DNA of 64,000 nt from a virus: IMG/VR virus record IMGVR_UViG_3300037826_000038, positions 4,766-68,765 of that record. One strand, written 5' to 3'. Made by a program: the position numbers and the translations under genes. The notes under the pieces were generated by a model, which was not told the DNA's origin, ran no database searches, and worked only from the letters and a program-made list of their open reading frames with translations. This document shows, one piece after another, positions 9,473 through 19,478 of this stretch; positions within the stretch are counted from its first letter, which is position 1, and each line of letters starts with the position of its first letter.

Positions 9473-10174
9473 TTAGAATATGCTCCATTCTGTCGAGGTT
9501 GCCACAACCTCAACCGATTCATCCTCGATCAGGTCAAAGGTCGCGTCACCGTCGATGGTCTCAGCGCCATTGCCATCCAGTGTCACCGTGCCGCTCCCCA
9601 CGTTTTTGACTTTGTACGACCCGTCCACGTTCGCTAGTTCTGGTAAATTGATGGTTATGTCTCCGCTGCCGGTATCGGCTACAATGTGGATCGTGCCATT
9701 AGTTTCCGCAGGCGTGTAGGGAGAATCGGTGTCGTCGATTTCGACGACAGACAGGGTGAGGTTTTCGGTTAGTAGAAGCGCCAAAAGCTGCGCTTGCGTC
9801 CAGTGATACAGCGGAGAGCCGTCATAGATGTCCTTGGCGTGGCGCTCGCCGTAGTTCTCCACATCCCACGCGCCCTGCGGTCCCCAGGCAGGCGTCACGT
9901 TCTCCGGCGCACCGTTCTCGTGCCTTCCGTTTCTCGCCACGCCCTCCGAGCTCCAGTCGGTGTAGAGGACACTGACCTCCATCATAATCTGCGAGGCACG
10001 CACCTCGTTATCGTCGCGTTCGGCGCTGACCTCGATGACCTCCTGAGTCGAGCGCACCTCAGCGTCATCAGCCTGTGCGCTGACCTCGATGACCTCCTGA
10101 GTCGAGCGCACCTCAGCGTCATCAGCCTGTGCACTGACCTCTATTATTTCCTGCGTTGAGCGAACCTCTCCCAT
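9473..10174 (-). CDS. Tail-fibre-associated protein with N-terminal 18-aa repeats
   Basis: EVRSTQEVIEVSAQADDA x3-4; C-terminal TINLP..KNVGSGTVTLDGNGAETIDG module. Confidence 0.6.
   Translation of the reverse strand: MGEVRSTQEIIEVSAQADDAEVRSTQEVIEVSAQADDAEVRSTQEVIEVSAERDDNEVRASQIMMEVSVLYTDWSSEGVARNGRHENGAPENVTPAWGPQGAWDVENYGERHAKDIYDGSPLYHWTQAQLLALLLTENLTLSVVEIDDTDSPYTPAETNGTIHIVADTGSGDITINLPELANVDGSYKVKNVGSGTVTLDGNGAETIDGDATFDLIEDESVEVVATSTEWSIF
9975..10168 (-). repeat. 54-bp tandem repeat (~3.5 units)
   Basis: Near-identical gctgacctcgatgacctcctgagtcgagcgcacctcagcgtcatcagcctgtgc units. Confidence 0.85.
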
Positions 10175-10182
10175 AATACCCC

Positions 10183-11160
10183 TTACGGTATATTGGACTC
10201 GATGCCGATCAGCGCCGCATTAATTGCGGCCTGATTTGCCCACGCGGCTGCGGTATCGGGATCATTCTCGAGCAGCATCTGAAAATAGCCCTGGTACGTA
10301 GTGTATAAATTCTCGAAACTGCCCGTTTGCTCAGTGCCATTTGAGCTAAGTACCAATCGCATCTGATCTCCGTTCGCTACCGTCTTTCGGCCCCGCGCCC
10401 AGACCGTCACCCAGAATGGGGTCGTGTAATCTGACAGATCGACCCCGCCATGTCCGTAGAGGTCCTTCTGGGCATCGGTCGAGGTGCTAACGTAGGAGGT
10501 ATCACCATCGGGACCGAGTTCATCGACGTCTGCATAGTTGCTGCCCCCACCCGACGCGGTAAACTGTGCGGTATTGTCTGAGGTGGGTACCGCGCCCACA
10601 ACACGGCGGTCATATAATCGCGAGCTATCAAAGTGAATATCGTCAACATAATGCACAGATCCGCCCGTTTTGTAAATACGAATGTACTCAATATCGTCTG
10701 AGGTTCCGGGCTGCGTATCCCCAGTGTAATCAATGTCCGCCACGCCCTCAATCCACGATTGTAGCCGTCCGCCTGCATTTGCGCTGCTCAAGCGGAATTC
10801 CAAATGTTTCCACACGTTAATCGGAAATAAAACTGTGCCATCCGCAACTTTCGTGCTGTCAACGTAGGCGTCAAATTGGTAAGCGCCGTTCATCCGGAAG
10901 TCGATATCCTCGCCGCTGCTTAAATGGAATCGAACTCGGAACTCAGAAAAATCACTGCTGTAGTGCCACAACGATACGTAGACATCCGTTTCTGTCGTGG
11001 CTAAATACCATGATATACCCCCCAGGGCCCAACTGTACGAGCCGGTATGCACCGTCCCGGTATTGACTGCTCCTCCACTCTGTTGAGCATCCGGCACAAG
11101 GTCAATTGACCCCATCTCGAATCCACAGGCAAACGGCAACGCTACAGCTCCTATTGTCAT
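10183..11160 (-). CDS. Virion protein with LamG/concanavalin-like domain
   Basis: GFEMG start, WKHLEFR, YVDDIHF; C-terminal DPDTAAAW..AAINA motif. Confidence 0.55.
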   Translation of the reverse strand: MTIGAVALPFACGFEMGSIDLVPDAQQSGGAVNTGTVHTGSYSWALGGISWYLATTETDVYVSLWHYSSDFSEFRVRFHLSSGEDIDFRMNGAYQFDAYVDSTKVADGTVLFPINVWKHLEFRLSSANAGGRLQSWIEGVADIDYTGDTQPGTSDDIEYIRIYKTGGSVHYVDDIHFDSSRLYDRRVVGAVPTSDNTAQFTASGGGSNYADVDELGPDGDTSYVSTSTDAQKDLYGHGGVDLSDYTTPFWVTVWARGRKTVANGDQMRLVLSSNGTEQTGSFENLYTTYQGYFQMLLENDPDTAAAWANQAAINAALIGIESNIP

Positions 11161-11408
11161 AATTTACCTCCGCGTATCAAGGGTGGTTCTGGTTTGCCGA
11201 TAGGCCCCATCCAATGAGTGGTCGTGTCGACGCTGATCATCGGTTCATTTTGGGTCATGTGAGGGTTTGGGAGCCACGGGTTCCCTTCCGGGTCTATCGC
11301 CACCTCAACGCACGTGATGATATACGAGGCGCTCGGGTATCGAAAACCGTCAAGCGTTCGCACCCAATAAAATCCTGGTTTGGTCGGTTTTTCAGTAGTC
11401 CATTTCAT
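11157..11408 (-). CDS. Small hypothetical phage protein
   Basis: MKWTTEKPTKPGFYW..THWMGPI..P; GAGGTG RBS. Confidence 0.65.
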   Translation of the reverse strand: MKWTTEKPTKPGFYWVRTLDGFRYPSASYIITCVEVAIDPEGNPWLPNPHMTQNEPMISVDTTTHWMGPIGKPEPPLIRGGKL

Positions 11409-11419
11409 GTGTCACCTCG

Positions 11420-12517
11420 CTATGTTCCTGTATAAATGTGGATGTCCCCGGATAACCAGTAATCATTCAAATCGTATCCGGCGTCCTGGAGCTTGAGATC
11501 GTATCCAGTTCCTGCCCCGGCGTTTATCACCTCGACCTTGCAGTGATGGAGGTGCCCGACGCCGACAGCCTTTCGAGGGAAGATCACCCCGTACTCATTG
11601 TCGGCGGTGTTAAGCGAGCGGTGGACGTAGGCGTTGACCAAATACGACCCCGCTGATAGTGTGATCTCGCCGGTTAACTCGCACTCAATCATATTCATCC
11701 CTGCCACCGTCACCGAGGTCGGGACGGTGTGATCCCCGCTGTACGTCCCCGGCGGCAGCAGGATCGTGTCGCCGGAGGTCGCGGCGGTGATGGCACTGGC
11801 TAGGTCCGCGTACTCTCCTGTCACGCTGGACCCATCGTGGACAAGCACGGTATCCATCAGCGTGTCCAGCGTGTACGCCCCGTCTGCCCCGCCGTCCGTC
11901 GCGCCCAGCCAGTAGCCAGGATTGAACAACCGCTCGGCGCTCAGATCGCCATCCAGCGCCAGCGTCAGGTATTGCGCGTCATCAGGTGCGTAGGACCCAG
12001 GCAAGTCCGCCTCAACCAGTGCGCGGAAACTGGGTTTCTGTCCATCAACAGCGGTGTCAGACATAAAGGCTAGGTTTTTGTTTTGGGTGTCTAAATCAAT
12101 TTCGCCCCCAGTGAACCCCAACAGGTTTGCCAAAAGATCGGCGGCAAGTGCTACTGCCAGTGTATAATCACCGTTCGCGCCTCCATCTGTGCCGGTGAGA
12201 CCGTCACCGGCCTGAAACCGGCGCTCTCCGGTCAGGGTCGCGTTAAACGCCAGTGTCAGATACTGTGCTGAAACCGGAGCCCCACTAGCCCCGGACCCCC
12301 CGCCCAATAACTGCCAGTCGGTGCCCGAGGGGTTGGAGATACAGACATACAGATCAAAGTTAGCCGTATCCCAGCAAAGCGTCCCAGCTTGTGCTTCCAG
12401 GTTGGTATCGGGGTTCCCGGCATACGTGACCAGCGGAGGGACCTGAGTTGCCAATACCCCCCGCATCCGCTCGGCCAGGCTATTGATTTGCCTCTGTAAA
12501 TCATTAGAGCTAGTCAT
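11420..12517 (-). CDS. Tail fibre/spike protein
   Basis: N-terminal coiled coil, duplicated AQYLTLA..ER..TDGGA unit, start of a beta-helix (AITAATSGDTILLPPGTY). Confidence 0.65.
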   Translation of the reverse strand: MTSSNDLQRQINSLAERMRGVLATQVPPLVTYAGNPDTNLEAQAGTLCWDTANFDLYVCISNPSGTDWQLLGGGSGASGAPVSAQYLTLAFNATLTGERRFQAGDGLTGTDGGANGDYTLAVALAADLLANLLGFTGGEIDLDTQNKNLAFMSDTAVDGQKPSFRALVEADLPGSYAPDDAQYLTLALDGDLSAERLFNPGYWLGATDGGADGAYTLDTLMDTVLVHDGSSVTGEYADLASAITAATSGDTILLPPGTYSGDHTVPTSVTVAGMNMIECELTGEITLSAGSYLVNAYVHRSLNTADNEYGVIFPRKAVGVGHLHHCKVEVINAGAGTGYDLKLQDAGYDLNDYWLSGDIHIYTGT

Positions 12518-13718
12518 AGTCTCTCAGTTCTGGCTTGATCGTGACCCGCTGTTCGCTGGCCGACGCAGCGACTCGCACCCCTACGACCTTCTGGTTGACT
12601 TGCCGCCCGGCGCGGGTGTCCTCGACTGTGATCAAATCTCCCAGCCACCAGTCACGCCCGTACCGGGTGTTGCCTACCTGCATCACGTCTACGTCAATCT
12701 CAACTCTGGCTCGCTGTTGATCCAAGACCGCTTCGGCAATCGTGTTGAGGTTTGCGGTCCCGTACTGGTCCCGAGACGTGCGGAGCACCGCCCGGCGCGC
12801 CCACGAGGTGTCCGACAGTTCTCCGGCTAGGTACGCGCCCCCTTCGGCGCGGTTATCCCCGTAGCCTTGACCTTGGGTAATGACGACGTTGGGGGTGTCC
12901 AAGTAGCTTTTCTCGCTCACGACGCTTTCCACGTTGCGACGGCGTGCCGAGAATATGACCGGCGCGTTGCCGGCCCCGTTGCCCAAGGTTTTGTCGTCGC
13001 CCCACTGTCCCTCCCTCCACTGGAATTCAAACGTCGCGTCCCCCGTCTGTACGATGTTAAAGTCCGCACCCGCAAATGCAGCGATCTCCGATAGCACTTC
13101 GATCAACACCTTGCCGGACCGGTCACCGCTCCACGTTGCCCCGGTCCCATTGTCGGTTTCCACGGACAGACCGGTCCGCACCCGGGACAGGCCTAATGCG
13201 TCGGTCCCGGCACTGGGTCCGATGTTCTCGTCAACGTAGGCTTTCGCCACGGTTTCCGCCGCCCCACTTTTCTCTGCTTGCGATGTACCCTCTCCGTATA
13301 GGATATATTCGAGCTTGGGGAACTCGTTGAGCCCCCGCCCTCGGATTACAGAGGTGTAGGAGCCATCGGCGCTTTGCTCAATTCGGGGTTCGGTGAGGAC
13401 CAGCCCGGTCCAGTCGCGCCACCAGCCAGGGAGTAGGGAGCTTTTGCGATAGGGAGGTAAACCGTTAATCCACGCATTGTAGGCTGCTCCGCCACGCATA
13501 TCGCGCAGCCAGAACTCTACGAGGTGGAACGGCTCAAACGCCAGGGCGCGATCATCCCCAGCGTTAATGCCCATCTCCCAACCCCCTGCGGTCCTTACCC
13601 GCTTGAGATAGTTGAAATAGGAGAGGCCGCCAGGGGTTGTCCCCCGCCGACCTCTCCCTGCGAACTCTGCGAGTTTGTCACCACTGTGATCTCGGTGCCG
13701 GATAAAAGCCAGGTACAT
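12510..13718 (-). CDS. Siphovirus baseplate/hub protein (ReqiPepy6 Gp37-like)
   Basis: NVVITQGQG, YGRDWWLGDLITV; position after Dit and baseplate genes. Confidence 0.75.
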   Translation of the reverse strand: MYLAFIRHRDHSGDKLAEFAGRGRRGTTPGGLSYFNYLKRVRTAGGWEMGINAGDDRALAFEPFHLVEFWLRDMRGGAAYNAWINGLPPYRKSSLLPGWWRDWTGLVLTEPRIEQSADGSYTSVIRGRGLNEFPKLEYILYGEGTSQAEKSGAAETVAKAYVDENIGPSAGTDALGLSRVRTGLSVETDNGTGATWSGDRSGKVLIEVLSEIAAFAGADFNIVQTGDATFEFQWREGQWGDDKTLGNGAGNAPVIFSARRRNVESVVSEKSYLDTPNVVITQGQGYGDNRAEGGAYLAGELSDTSWARRAVLRTSRDQYGTANLNTIAEAVLDQQRARVEIDVDVMQVGNTRYGRDWWLGDLITVEDTRAGRQVNQKVVGVRVAASASEQRVTIKPELRDYD

Positions 13719-13721
13719 GGT

Positions 13722-14987
13722 TTAGCTATCCGATGTATATTCCGCAATTACAGCATACAACCTAACGATGTCCCCAATGGTATCACCAACATTGCCACCA
13801 TACCGATAGAACACACATTCTATGTAATCACCGATAGCTGCGTCGCTCAATGTCATCTCCGTAATCTCCGTAAGGGTCAATGATGACAGAGTGATAGCCG
13901 TAGACGCAAAACTTGCTGTATGCTGAGAGTCAGATTCGCCTTCAGCGCCATAGTCGCATGTTGCAGATGCATACATGTCACCCGCAGAGTCAGCGGTTAC
14001 AACTGCCCGGACCTTCAGGTCACTGACAAAATCCTCTGGGACTCTCCAGTGCGCAGCCCAGGCCGTTGTCAATCCATCAGGCAACTCCCAATCCTTATCA
14101 GTATAGTCATATGAAACCTCTACCGCTACAATGGGAATGGCTACAATTCGAGTACGGTTCTGAATCTTGGCTGCTGTGACCTGCTCGTCGGCAATGTGAA
14201 CTGTATCAATTGCACCATCCGCTATCTGATCACTATTCACTGCATCGTCTGCTAATTCCGTATTGGTCACTGCGTTGTTGTCTATCTTGGCTGTAGTCAC
14301 CGCGCCATCAGCCAGTTTGACAGCAGTTACCGCATCCGCCTCAAGTTTTGCCGTCGTGACCGCAGCATCCTCCAGGTTCTCCGTGTCCATCTTGGGAGCA
14401 TATTCCCTGTAATCAGTGAGACTGGAAACGGCACCCCCGGAACTGATGTCGTACCGGGCCAGCTCGATCATCCAAATGTCACCGTCGATAGCGACGTCCT
14501 GCGTCAAGGACCGGGCCGCGCCCCCCGCAACCCCGGTGAGAATCGCCAACCGGCACGAGTGCGCGGGAACAGACGAAGTGCTTTCATAATCAGTAAGGTC
14601 CGTGGGGAACTCCAACACCGCCGAGCCATAGTCTGCGGTCCCATCGTAGGCGCTGTCGGTGTTGTTTTCCACCAGCACCACCTTATCGGTCCGGGCCGCA
14701 GCCGGGGTTGTGGGGGAGAAATCGACGTTGGACGCATTAGCCGGGGTCGTCTGGTCCTCATTGGCAAACCAGTAGCCCCGACATAGAGCGGCTCCGCTGG
14801 CAACCCGGATCGTTTTACCTGAGGGGTTGCTTACCGCAAGCTCAGACAGGTGTTTGAGCACCCCCTCGGTTGTTTCGTCCAACAGAAAAACCGTGGCGAA
14901 AATTCGTGCCCACTGAGACGCTGTATATCCCCCGGCGTCGGGATAACTGGTTTGCCTCCCCGCTTGGGGTCTGCTTATCTGTGTCAT
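13722..14987 (-). CDS. Baseplate upper/minor tail protein with 10-aa repeats
   Basis: IRVASGAALCRG, RTDKVVL; DxAVTTAKL-type repeats x7; GGAGG RBS before ATG 14987 (in-frame extension to 15098). Confidence 0.7.
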   Translation of the reverse strand: MTQISRPQAGRQTSYPDAGGYTASQWARIFATVFLLDETTEGVLKHLSELAVSNPSGKTIRVASGAALCRGYWFANEDQTTPANASNVDFSPTTPAAARTDKVVLVENNTDSAYDGTADYGSAVLEFPTDLTDYESTSSVPAHSCRLAILTGVAGGAARSLTQDVAIDGDIWMIELARYDISSGGAVSSLTDYREYAPKMDTENLEDAAVTTAKLEADAVTAVKLADGAVTTAKIDNNAVTNTELADDAVNSDQIADGAIDTVHIADEQVTAAKIQNRTRIVAIPIVAVEVSYDYTDKDWELPDGLTTAWAAHWRVPEDFVSDLKVRAVVTADSAGDMYASATCDYGAEGESDSQHTASFASTAITLSSLTLTEITEMTLSDAAIGDYIECVFYRYGGNVGDTIGDIVRLYAVIAEYTSDS

Positions 14988-15084
14988 ATCTCTGCCTCCC
15001 TCTCCCCGAATGACCGTGGGTAGATAAATCGTGTTGAGCGGTACGAAAGCCAACAACAACATACAAATTATGAGTCTAACGTGA

Positions 15085-16305
15085 TTATGCTGACGCATAG
15101 ACATTCCTCCACTTGAGCGTGATGGCACTGGTTCCGGCTTCTCCCTGTCCCAAAGTCGCGGTCACTAGATTAGACCGGTCTGCGTTACGGTCAGGGGACA
15201 AAATAAAATTGGCGATGTCCCCTGAAACATACGAATAAAGATCGTTTCCGCCGCTGTCCTCGGCGGTGATGTCGCGGGTATCTATGGTCACGGTCTCCCC
15301 GCTGCCTATGGTATAGTTCATTGAGATCGACACGTCAAGCGTGTCGTTGGTGATAACCGGATCCGTTGCGGGGCCTGTAATCTCAATCGTGGGATAGGCG
15401 GGGTGTGTCCCCCAGTAGACGACCTCAACCTGATCACTGAGGTACGCATCCGCGAAGAGCCAGCGCCCGGTGCCCGGCGTGGTTCCAAAATACGCACCGG
15501 CGTTACCTGCCGTTGCCGGAGTGCCGAAGTCAAATACCAAATCATCGAACGTGTCAGGCAGCGTCCACGATTGGGACTGCTCGGGCCCGTACCAGAAGGG
15601 GTCGTTACCCACGAACCTGAGAGCCTCTCTATACCCTGTTAGCCCGTCATCCTCGCGGTTGTGGGACGGCCCTAACTCAAGGATACAGTACAGGTCTCTA
15701 ATCGCGTTTCCGCGCCTGTACGACCACTGTACGCCGGTCTCTGCTGTGGACATATTCGAGTCCAGCCGCACCGTATAGTCATTGACGACTTCCGTCACTT
15801 CATAGGTTCCATCGTCGGCGGTGCTCCCGGCTATGGTCAGAAACCCGCCCAGGGTGATGGCCCGGTCCACGAACCGGGCGGTGTCACTGACAACCAGATC
15901 ACTCCCGTTGGTCAATTCCAGGTCCATTCCCTGCGCCTGTTTGCCTCCGGGGAGGCGCTGGCGGTAGATAAGCGTGTCCGGTTCGTCGTCGGGGGCAAAG
16001 GTGCGCGAGGGACGGAGCAGGTCTACAATGCGGTTCTGGCGGTCTGTTAAGTCGATCATACCGGCTAGCTGCTCCTCCACCACCACCTGCAACACCCGGT
16101 CTCCATACCGATAGTCAAGGGGTGTGGACCCATGCTGGAACGGTCCCGACTGGGAGATAATCCGAATGGGGGGCATCCCGAAATTGCTTGCGCTCGCCAG
16201 GATGCTCCGGTTCATCCCCAGGAGCACCAGCAGGGGATAGGTGCGATACGTCCCGGCAACGGGAACTAGGATGCTATGACTGCCTCGTAGGGTTGCACCT
16301 AGCAC
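15085..16305 (-). CDS. Distal tail protein (Dit-like) with internal insertion
   Basis: Immediately after tape measure; DPFWYG, YPTIEITGPATDPVI, TVTIDT motifs. Confidence 0.8.
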   Translation of the reverse strand: MLGATLRGSHSILVPVAGTYRTYPLLVLLGMNRSILASASNFGMPPIRIISQSGPFQHGSTPLDYRYGDRVLQVVVEEQLAGMIDLTDRQNRIVDLLRPSRTFAPDDEPDTLIYRQRLPGGKQAQGMDLELTNGSDLVVSDTARFVDRAITLGGFLTIAGSTADDGTYEVTEVVNDYTVRLDSNMSTAETGVQWSYRRGNAIRDLYCILELGPSHNREDDGLTGYREALRFVGNDPFWYGPEQSQSWTLPDTFDDLVFDFGTPATAGNAGAYFGTTPGTGRWLFADAYLSDQVEVVYWGTHPAYPTIEITGPATDPVITNDTLDVSISMNYTIGSGETVTIDTRDITAEDSGGNDLYSYVSGDIANFILSPDRNADRSNLVTATLGQGEAGTSAITLKWRNVYASA

Positions 16306-19007
16306 TAGATCCTCCCCATGGACATGACCTCAAACTCTGCCTCTAACCCGCCCGGTCTGACAATGCTCTGGGTCGTTAAATTGTACTGCGGGGCATACGT
16401 GGTATTGCTCTCCCGGACAACCTGTGACATATTCGTGACCGGAGCCATCGCCCGCGCCATGGCCCGTTGGACCAGCGGCGCCATATCGAGCACGCCCAGC
16501 GCCACACCTTCGGGAATAGTCCGTCCGACTTCCTTTCGGGCGCGGGTACTGGGTGAGTTGGCTCCCAAGAATCCCTTGGCAGCGTCAAGTCCTGCCTTTG
16601 CTGCACTGACCGCCGCGTTAGCCAATTTTGATACCGCCCCTGTCACGCCCTTGGCGATCCCCTCAATGATGCTTCTGCCAATGGCTCCCCAGTCTGTGTC
16701 CGTGAACTTTTCTTTTATGGTCGTAATGATAGAGCCAATTGACCGGATGAACACCTTACCTATATTGACAATGAACCGCCCCATCGCTTCCCAGTTGCGC
16801 CTCCAAATATCTCTGAGTTTTGAGCCAAACGTCTCCCAGTCACCCTCAAGCGCCGCCGCAAAAGCGTCCACAACATCGGTGATGTTGGCTAGTACGGTCT
16901 GAATGAAGTTCTGGATCATCTCCCACGCCGTCTGCGCGTTTTGGAGAATGGCTTGTCCGTGTGCGTCCCAAAATGCTTGGATGAAGTCAAGAGCCGCTTG
17001 TACCTTAGCGATAATTCTGTTAGCGAGGGCGGTCACGGCATTGACGATTCCGTTCCACGCAGACCGAGCGATGGTCAAAATGCTTGCACCGTGAGCGTCC
17101 CACCAGCCCCGGATCGTTGCCAAGGCGGTCTGGATAAACGTTTTAACCGCCGTGAACACTGTCATCACCACAGTTTTGACCGTCTGCCAGACCATAGTCG
17201 CTTTGGCTAAAATCGCCTCGTTGTTCTCGGCCCACCACGCCCTGACGGTCTGGATGGCGTTGGAAATGAAGGTAGCTACGCTCGCCACGATGTCCCGGAT
17301 GCCCAGGAAATTCGTCTCCCAAGCTTGTCGAGCTAGGGCTACAACGGCAATCACCGCAGCAACCGGAGCCAGGAGAGACACGACGGTACTCACCAACGTC
17401 GCGATAGCCGGGATGATTGCAGCAGCCAGTACCGCCCCCAGGCCAATCAATACGTCCTGTAAACTGAGGTTCTCCGTGAGCCACTGGGTCACCTGCGCGA
17501 TAATGGGTTGGATGATGTCATACAGTTCCCACAGTCTCATAATCGTGGCTTCGGGGAGCAGGTTGTCCAGGACCTCCATCAACACCGCAAAGGGACCCTC
17601 CCCCTGCTGTAATACCTGAAACCCGGTGCTTAACCCCATCCACAGGTCCTCAAAGAACCCGATGACTTGGGGGAGCGCGCCTTCGGCTAGAGTGAGCAGG
17701 TTGTCAATCAAGGGACGGATTCCCTCGGCTAGCTGCCCTACGGCGGCTATCACCATCGGACCGTACTCCTCAGCCATCCCACTGAGCCAGTCGATCACGT
17801 CCCCGGCAATGGGAAGCAGTTTGTCTCCCAGGGAGATGAGCAGCGTTTCAATGGTCCCCTCGAACGCCTCCATCTTCCCCGCCAGGGTGTCGGCTTTCCG
17901 GGCCGCCTGCTCCTGCATCGTCGCGGCGCTGGCGGTTGCGTCCTCCATCTCCGTCCACCCCTCGGTTCCGACTTCGAGCATGGTGTCCATAGCCCGGAGA
18001 CCTTGGCTGGTGAAAATGGCACCCAGCGCAGCGTCACGTTCGGCGGCGGTTGCGTCCCCCAGTTTGTCCTCAAACTGCTCGATGATTCCCACCATGGGAA
18101 GCATCTCCCCCGTAGAAGCATCTCGGACCGCAATACCCAGGTCGTCCAGCGCCTCAGACGCTTTCGGGGTCAGGTCCCGCAGGGAGTTAATCATTGAGTT
18201 GAGGCTGGTCCCCGCCATGGATCCTTGGATACCCCGTGTGCTCAAAATGGCGATGGCGTTGTTGACTTCCTCAATGCCGAACCCCGCGCCCCCCGCAGCC
18301 GGACCGACCATCTTGAGCGCCTCAGCCATCCCACTGACCTCAGCCACCGACGCATCGGCAGCCATGATCATGTTGTTGAGAGCGTCATTGACAAATTGGG
18401 CGCGTTCCTCCGGGGTCTCCATAGACGCACCGAAGGTGGACAGGGCAACCGAGGCGAGGTCTGACGCTTGCACCATATCCAACTCACTGGCAGCGGCAAG
18501 GTCAATCGAAGACCGCAGCGCCCCGCCCAGTTCGGCCCCTTCTTCCATGTACCCATTCATATCCCCGAAAATCTCGGTTGTGGTCAGACCGCTCTTGTAA
18601 AGCCCGGTGAGAGCTTCAGCGGCACCAGACGCCGACACACCCAGCAGCCGGGTATCCCCACCCACCGCCAGGGCCGAGGCTTTCAACTGCTCGAAGGTCA
18701 GGTCCGTCGCGCTTGCCGCGATCTCCAGGTCTGCCATCGACGAGTCAAAGTCCGTCGCCATGGCCATACCTTGCTTGCCCACGTCAATCATCGACGTACC
18801 CAACCGGCCCAGGGTACGGGTCGCGGTCTGAACGCCACTGGCAAAGATGTTACCCAGGCCCGTAGCCAGGGTCTGGGTCAGGAACGATCCGGTACGGTTG
18901 GTCGTCTGGTAGACCTGCTCCACCGACGCATCGGCCCGGCGCATCGTGCTCTGGAACTGCGCCCAGCCTTGGACGACAAACTCCGCACCTAACTGCTCGA
19001 AGGCCAT
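16305..19007 (-). CDS. Tail tape measure protein (TP901-like core)
   Basis: 900 aa, Ala-rich, GIQGSMAGTSL, Trp-periodic amphipathic repeats, LGANSPS end motif. Confidence 0.95.
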   Translation of the reverse strand: MAFEQLGAEFVVQGWAQFQSTMRRADASVEQVYQTTNRTGSFLTQTLATGLGNIFASGVQTATRTLGRLGTSMIDVGKQGMAMATDFDSSMADLEIAASATDLTFEQLKASALAVGGDTRLLGVSASGAAEALTGLYKSGLTTTEIFGDMNGYMEEGAELGGALRSSIDLAAASELDMVQASDLASVALSTFGASMETPEERAQFVNDALNNMIMAADASVAEVSGMAEALKMVGPAAGGAGFGIEEVNNAIAILSTRGIQGSMAGTSLNSMINSLRDLTPKASEALDDLGIAVRDASTGEMLPMVGIIEQFEDKLGDATAAERDAALGAIFTSQGLRAMDTMLEVGTEGWTEMEDATASAATMQEQAARKADTLAGKMEAFEGTIETLLISLGDKLLPIAGDVIDWLSGMAEEYGPMVIAAVGQLAEGIRPLIDNLLTLAEGALPQVIGFFEDLWMGLSTGFQVLQQGEGPFAVLMEVLDNLLPEATIMRLWELYDIIQPIIAQVTQWLTENLSLQDVLIGLGAVLAAAIIPAIATLVSTVVSLLAPVAAVIAVVALARQAWETNFLGIRDIVASVATFISNAIQTVRAWWAENNEAILAKATMVWQTVKTVVMTVFTAVKTFIQTALATIRGWWDAHGASILTIARSAWNGIVNAVTALANRIIAKVQAALDFIQAFWDAHGQAILQNAQTAWEMIQNFIQTVLANITDVVDAFAAALEGDWETFGSKLRDIWRRNWEAMGRFIVNIGKVFIRSIGSIITTIKEKFTDTDWGAIGRSIIEGIAKGVTGAVSKLANAAVSAAKAGLDAAKGFLGANSPSTRARKEVGRTIPEGVALGVLDMAPLVQRAMARAMAPVTNMSQVVRESNTTYAPQYNLTTQSIVRPGGLEAEFEVMSMGRI

Positions 19008-19028
19008 CTGGTTATGCTCCTAACAGGT

Positions 19029-19466
19029 TTATTCTGTCTCAGATTGTGGTGTATCAAGCCCGTCTTTGAACGTCACCCCGGCAATCACGCCCCACAGTTC
19101 CCCGGCTTCCTCCTCGTCTGCCAGGACCATATACCGGAGCCAGTTAGCCCGGTTGACGCGGGTTGAGGGCGTGTCAAACCCCAGGGCGCGCAACTCTTTC
19201 ACCGCCGAGGGGGGCGGGTCCTCGACGACGCCATAGGCCGCACAGTAGTTGAATAGCCGGTTGCTGTCTTGAGCAAACTGTACCTTCTCCTGCGCGGAAA
19301 GGTTGTCAATCCGTCCCTTCACTTCGTCCTGATCTCCCCCGCTGAGAAAGCCCAAGTCAGAAAGCAGACCCTGTAATGCGAGTCTGCTTACTGGCTTTAA
19401 CGTCAACATTATCCCGGTCTTGGTACGTACTTTCACCCTACCATCACGTTCTCCGAAAACCTTCAC
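19029..19466 (-). CDS. Putative tail assembly chaperone
   Basis: Directly upstream of tape measure; own AGGAGG RBS. Confidence 0.55.
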   Translation of the reverse strand: MKVFGERDGRVKVRTKTGIMLTLKPVSRLALQGLLSDLGFLSGGDQDEVKGRIDNLSAQEKVQFAQDSNRLFNYCAAYGVVEDPPPSAVKELRALGFDTPSTRVNRANWLRYMVLADEEEAGELWGVIAGVTFKDGLDTPQSETE

Positions 19467-19478
19467 CGCTACCTCCTG

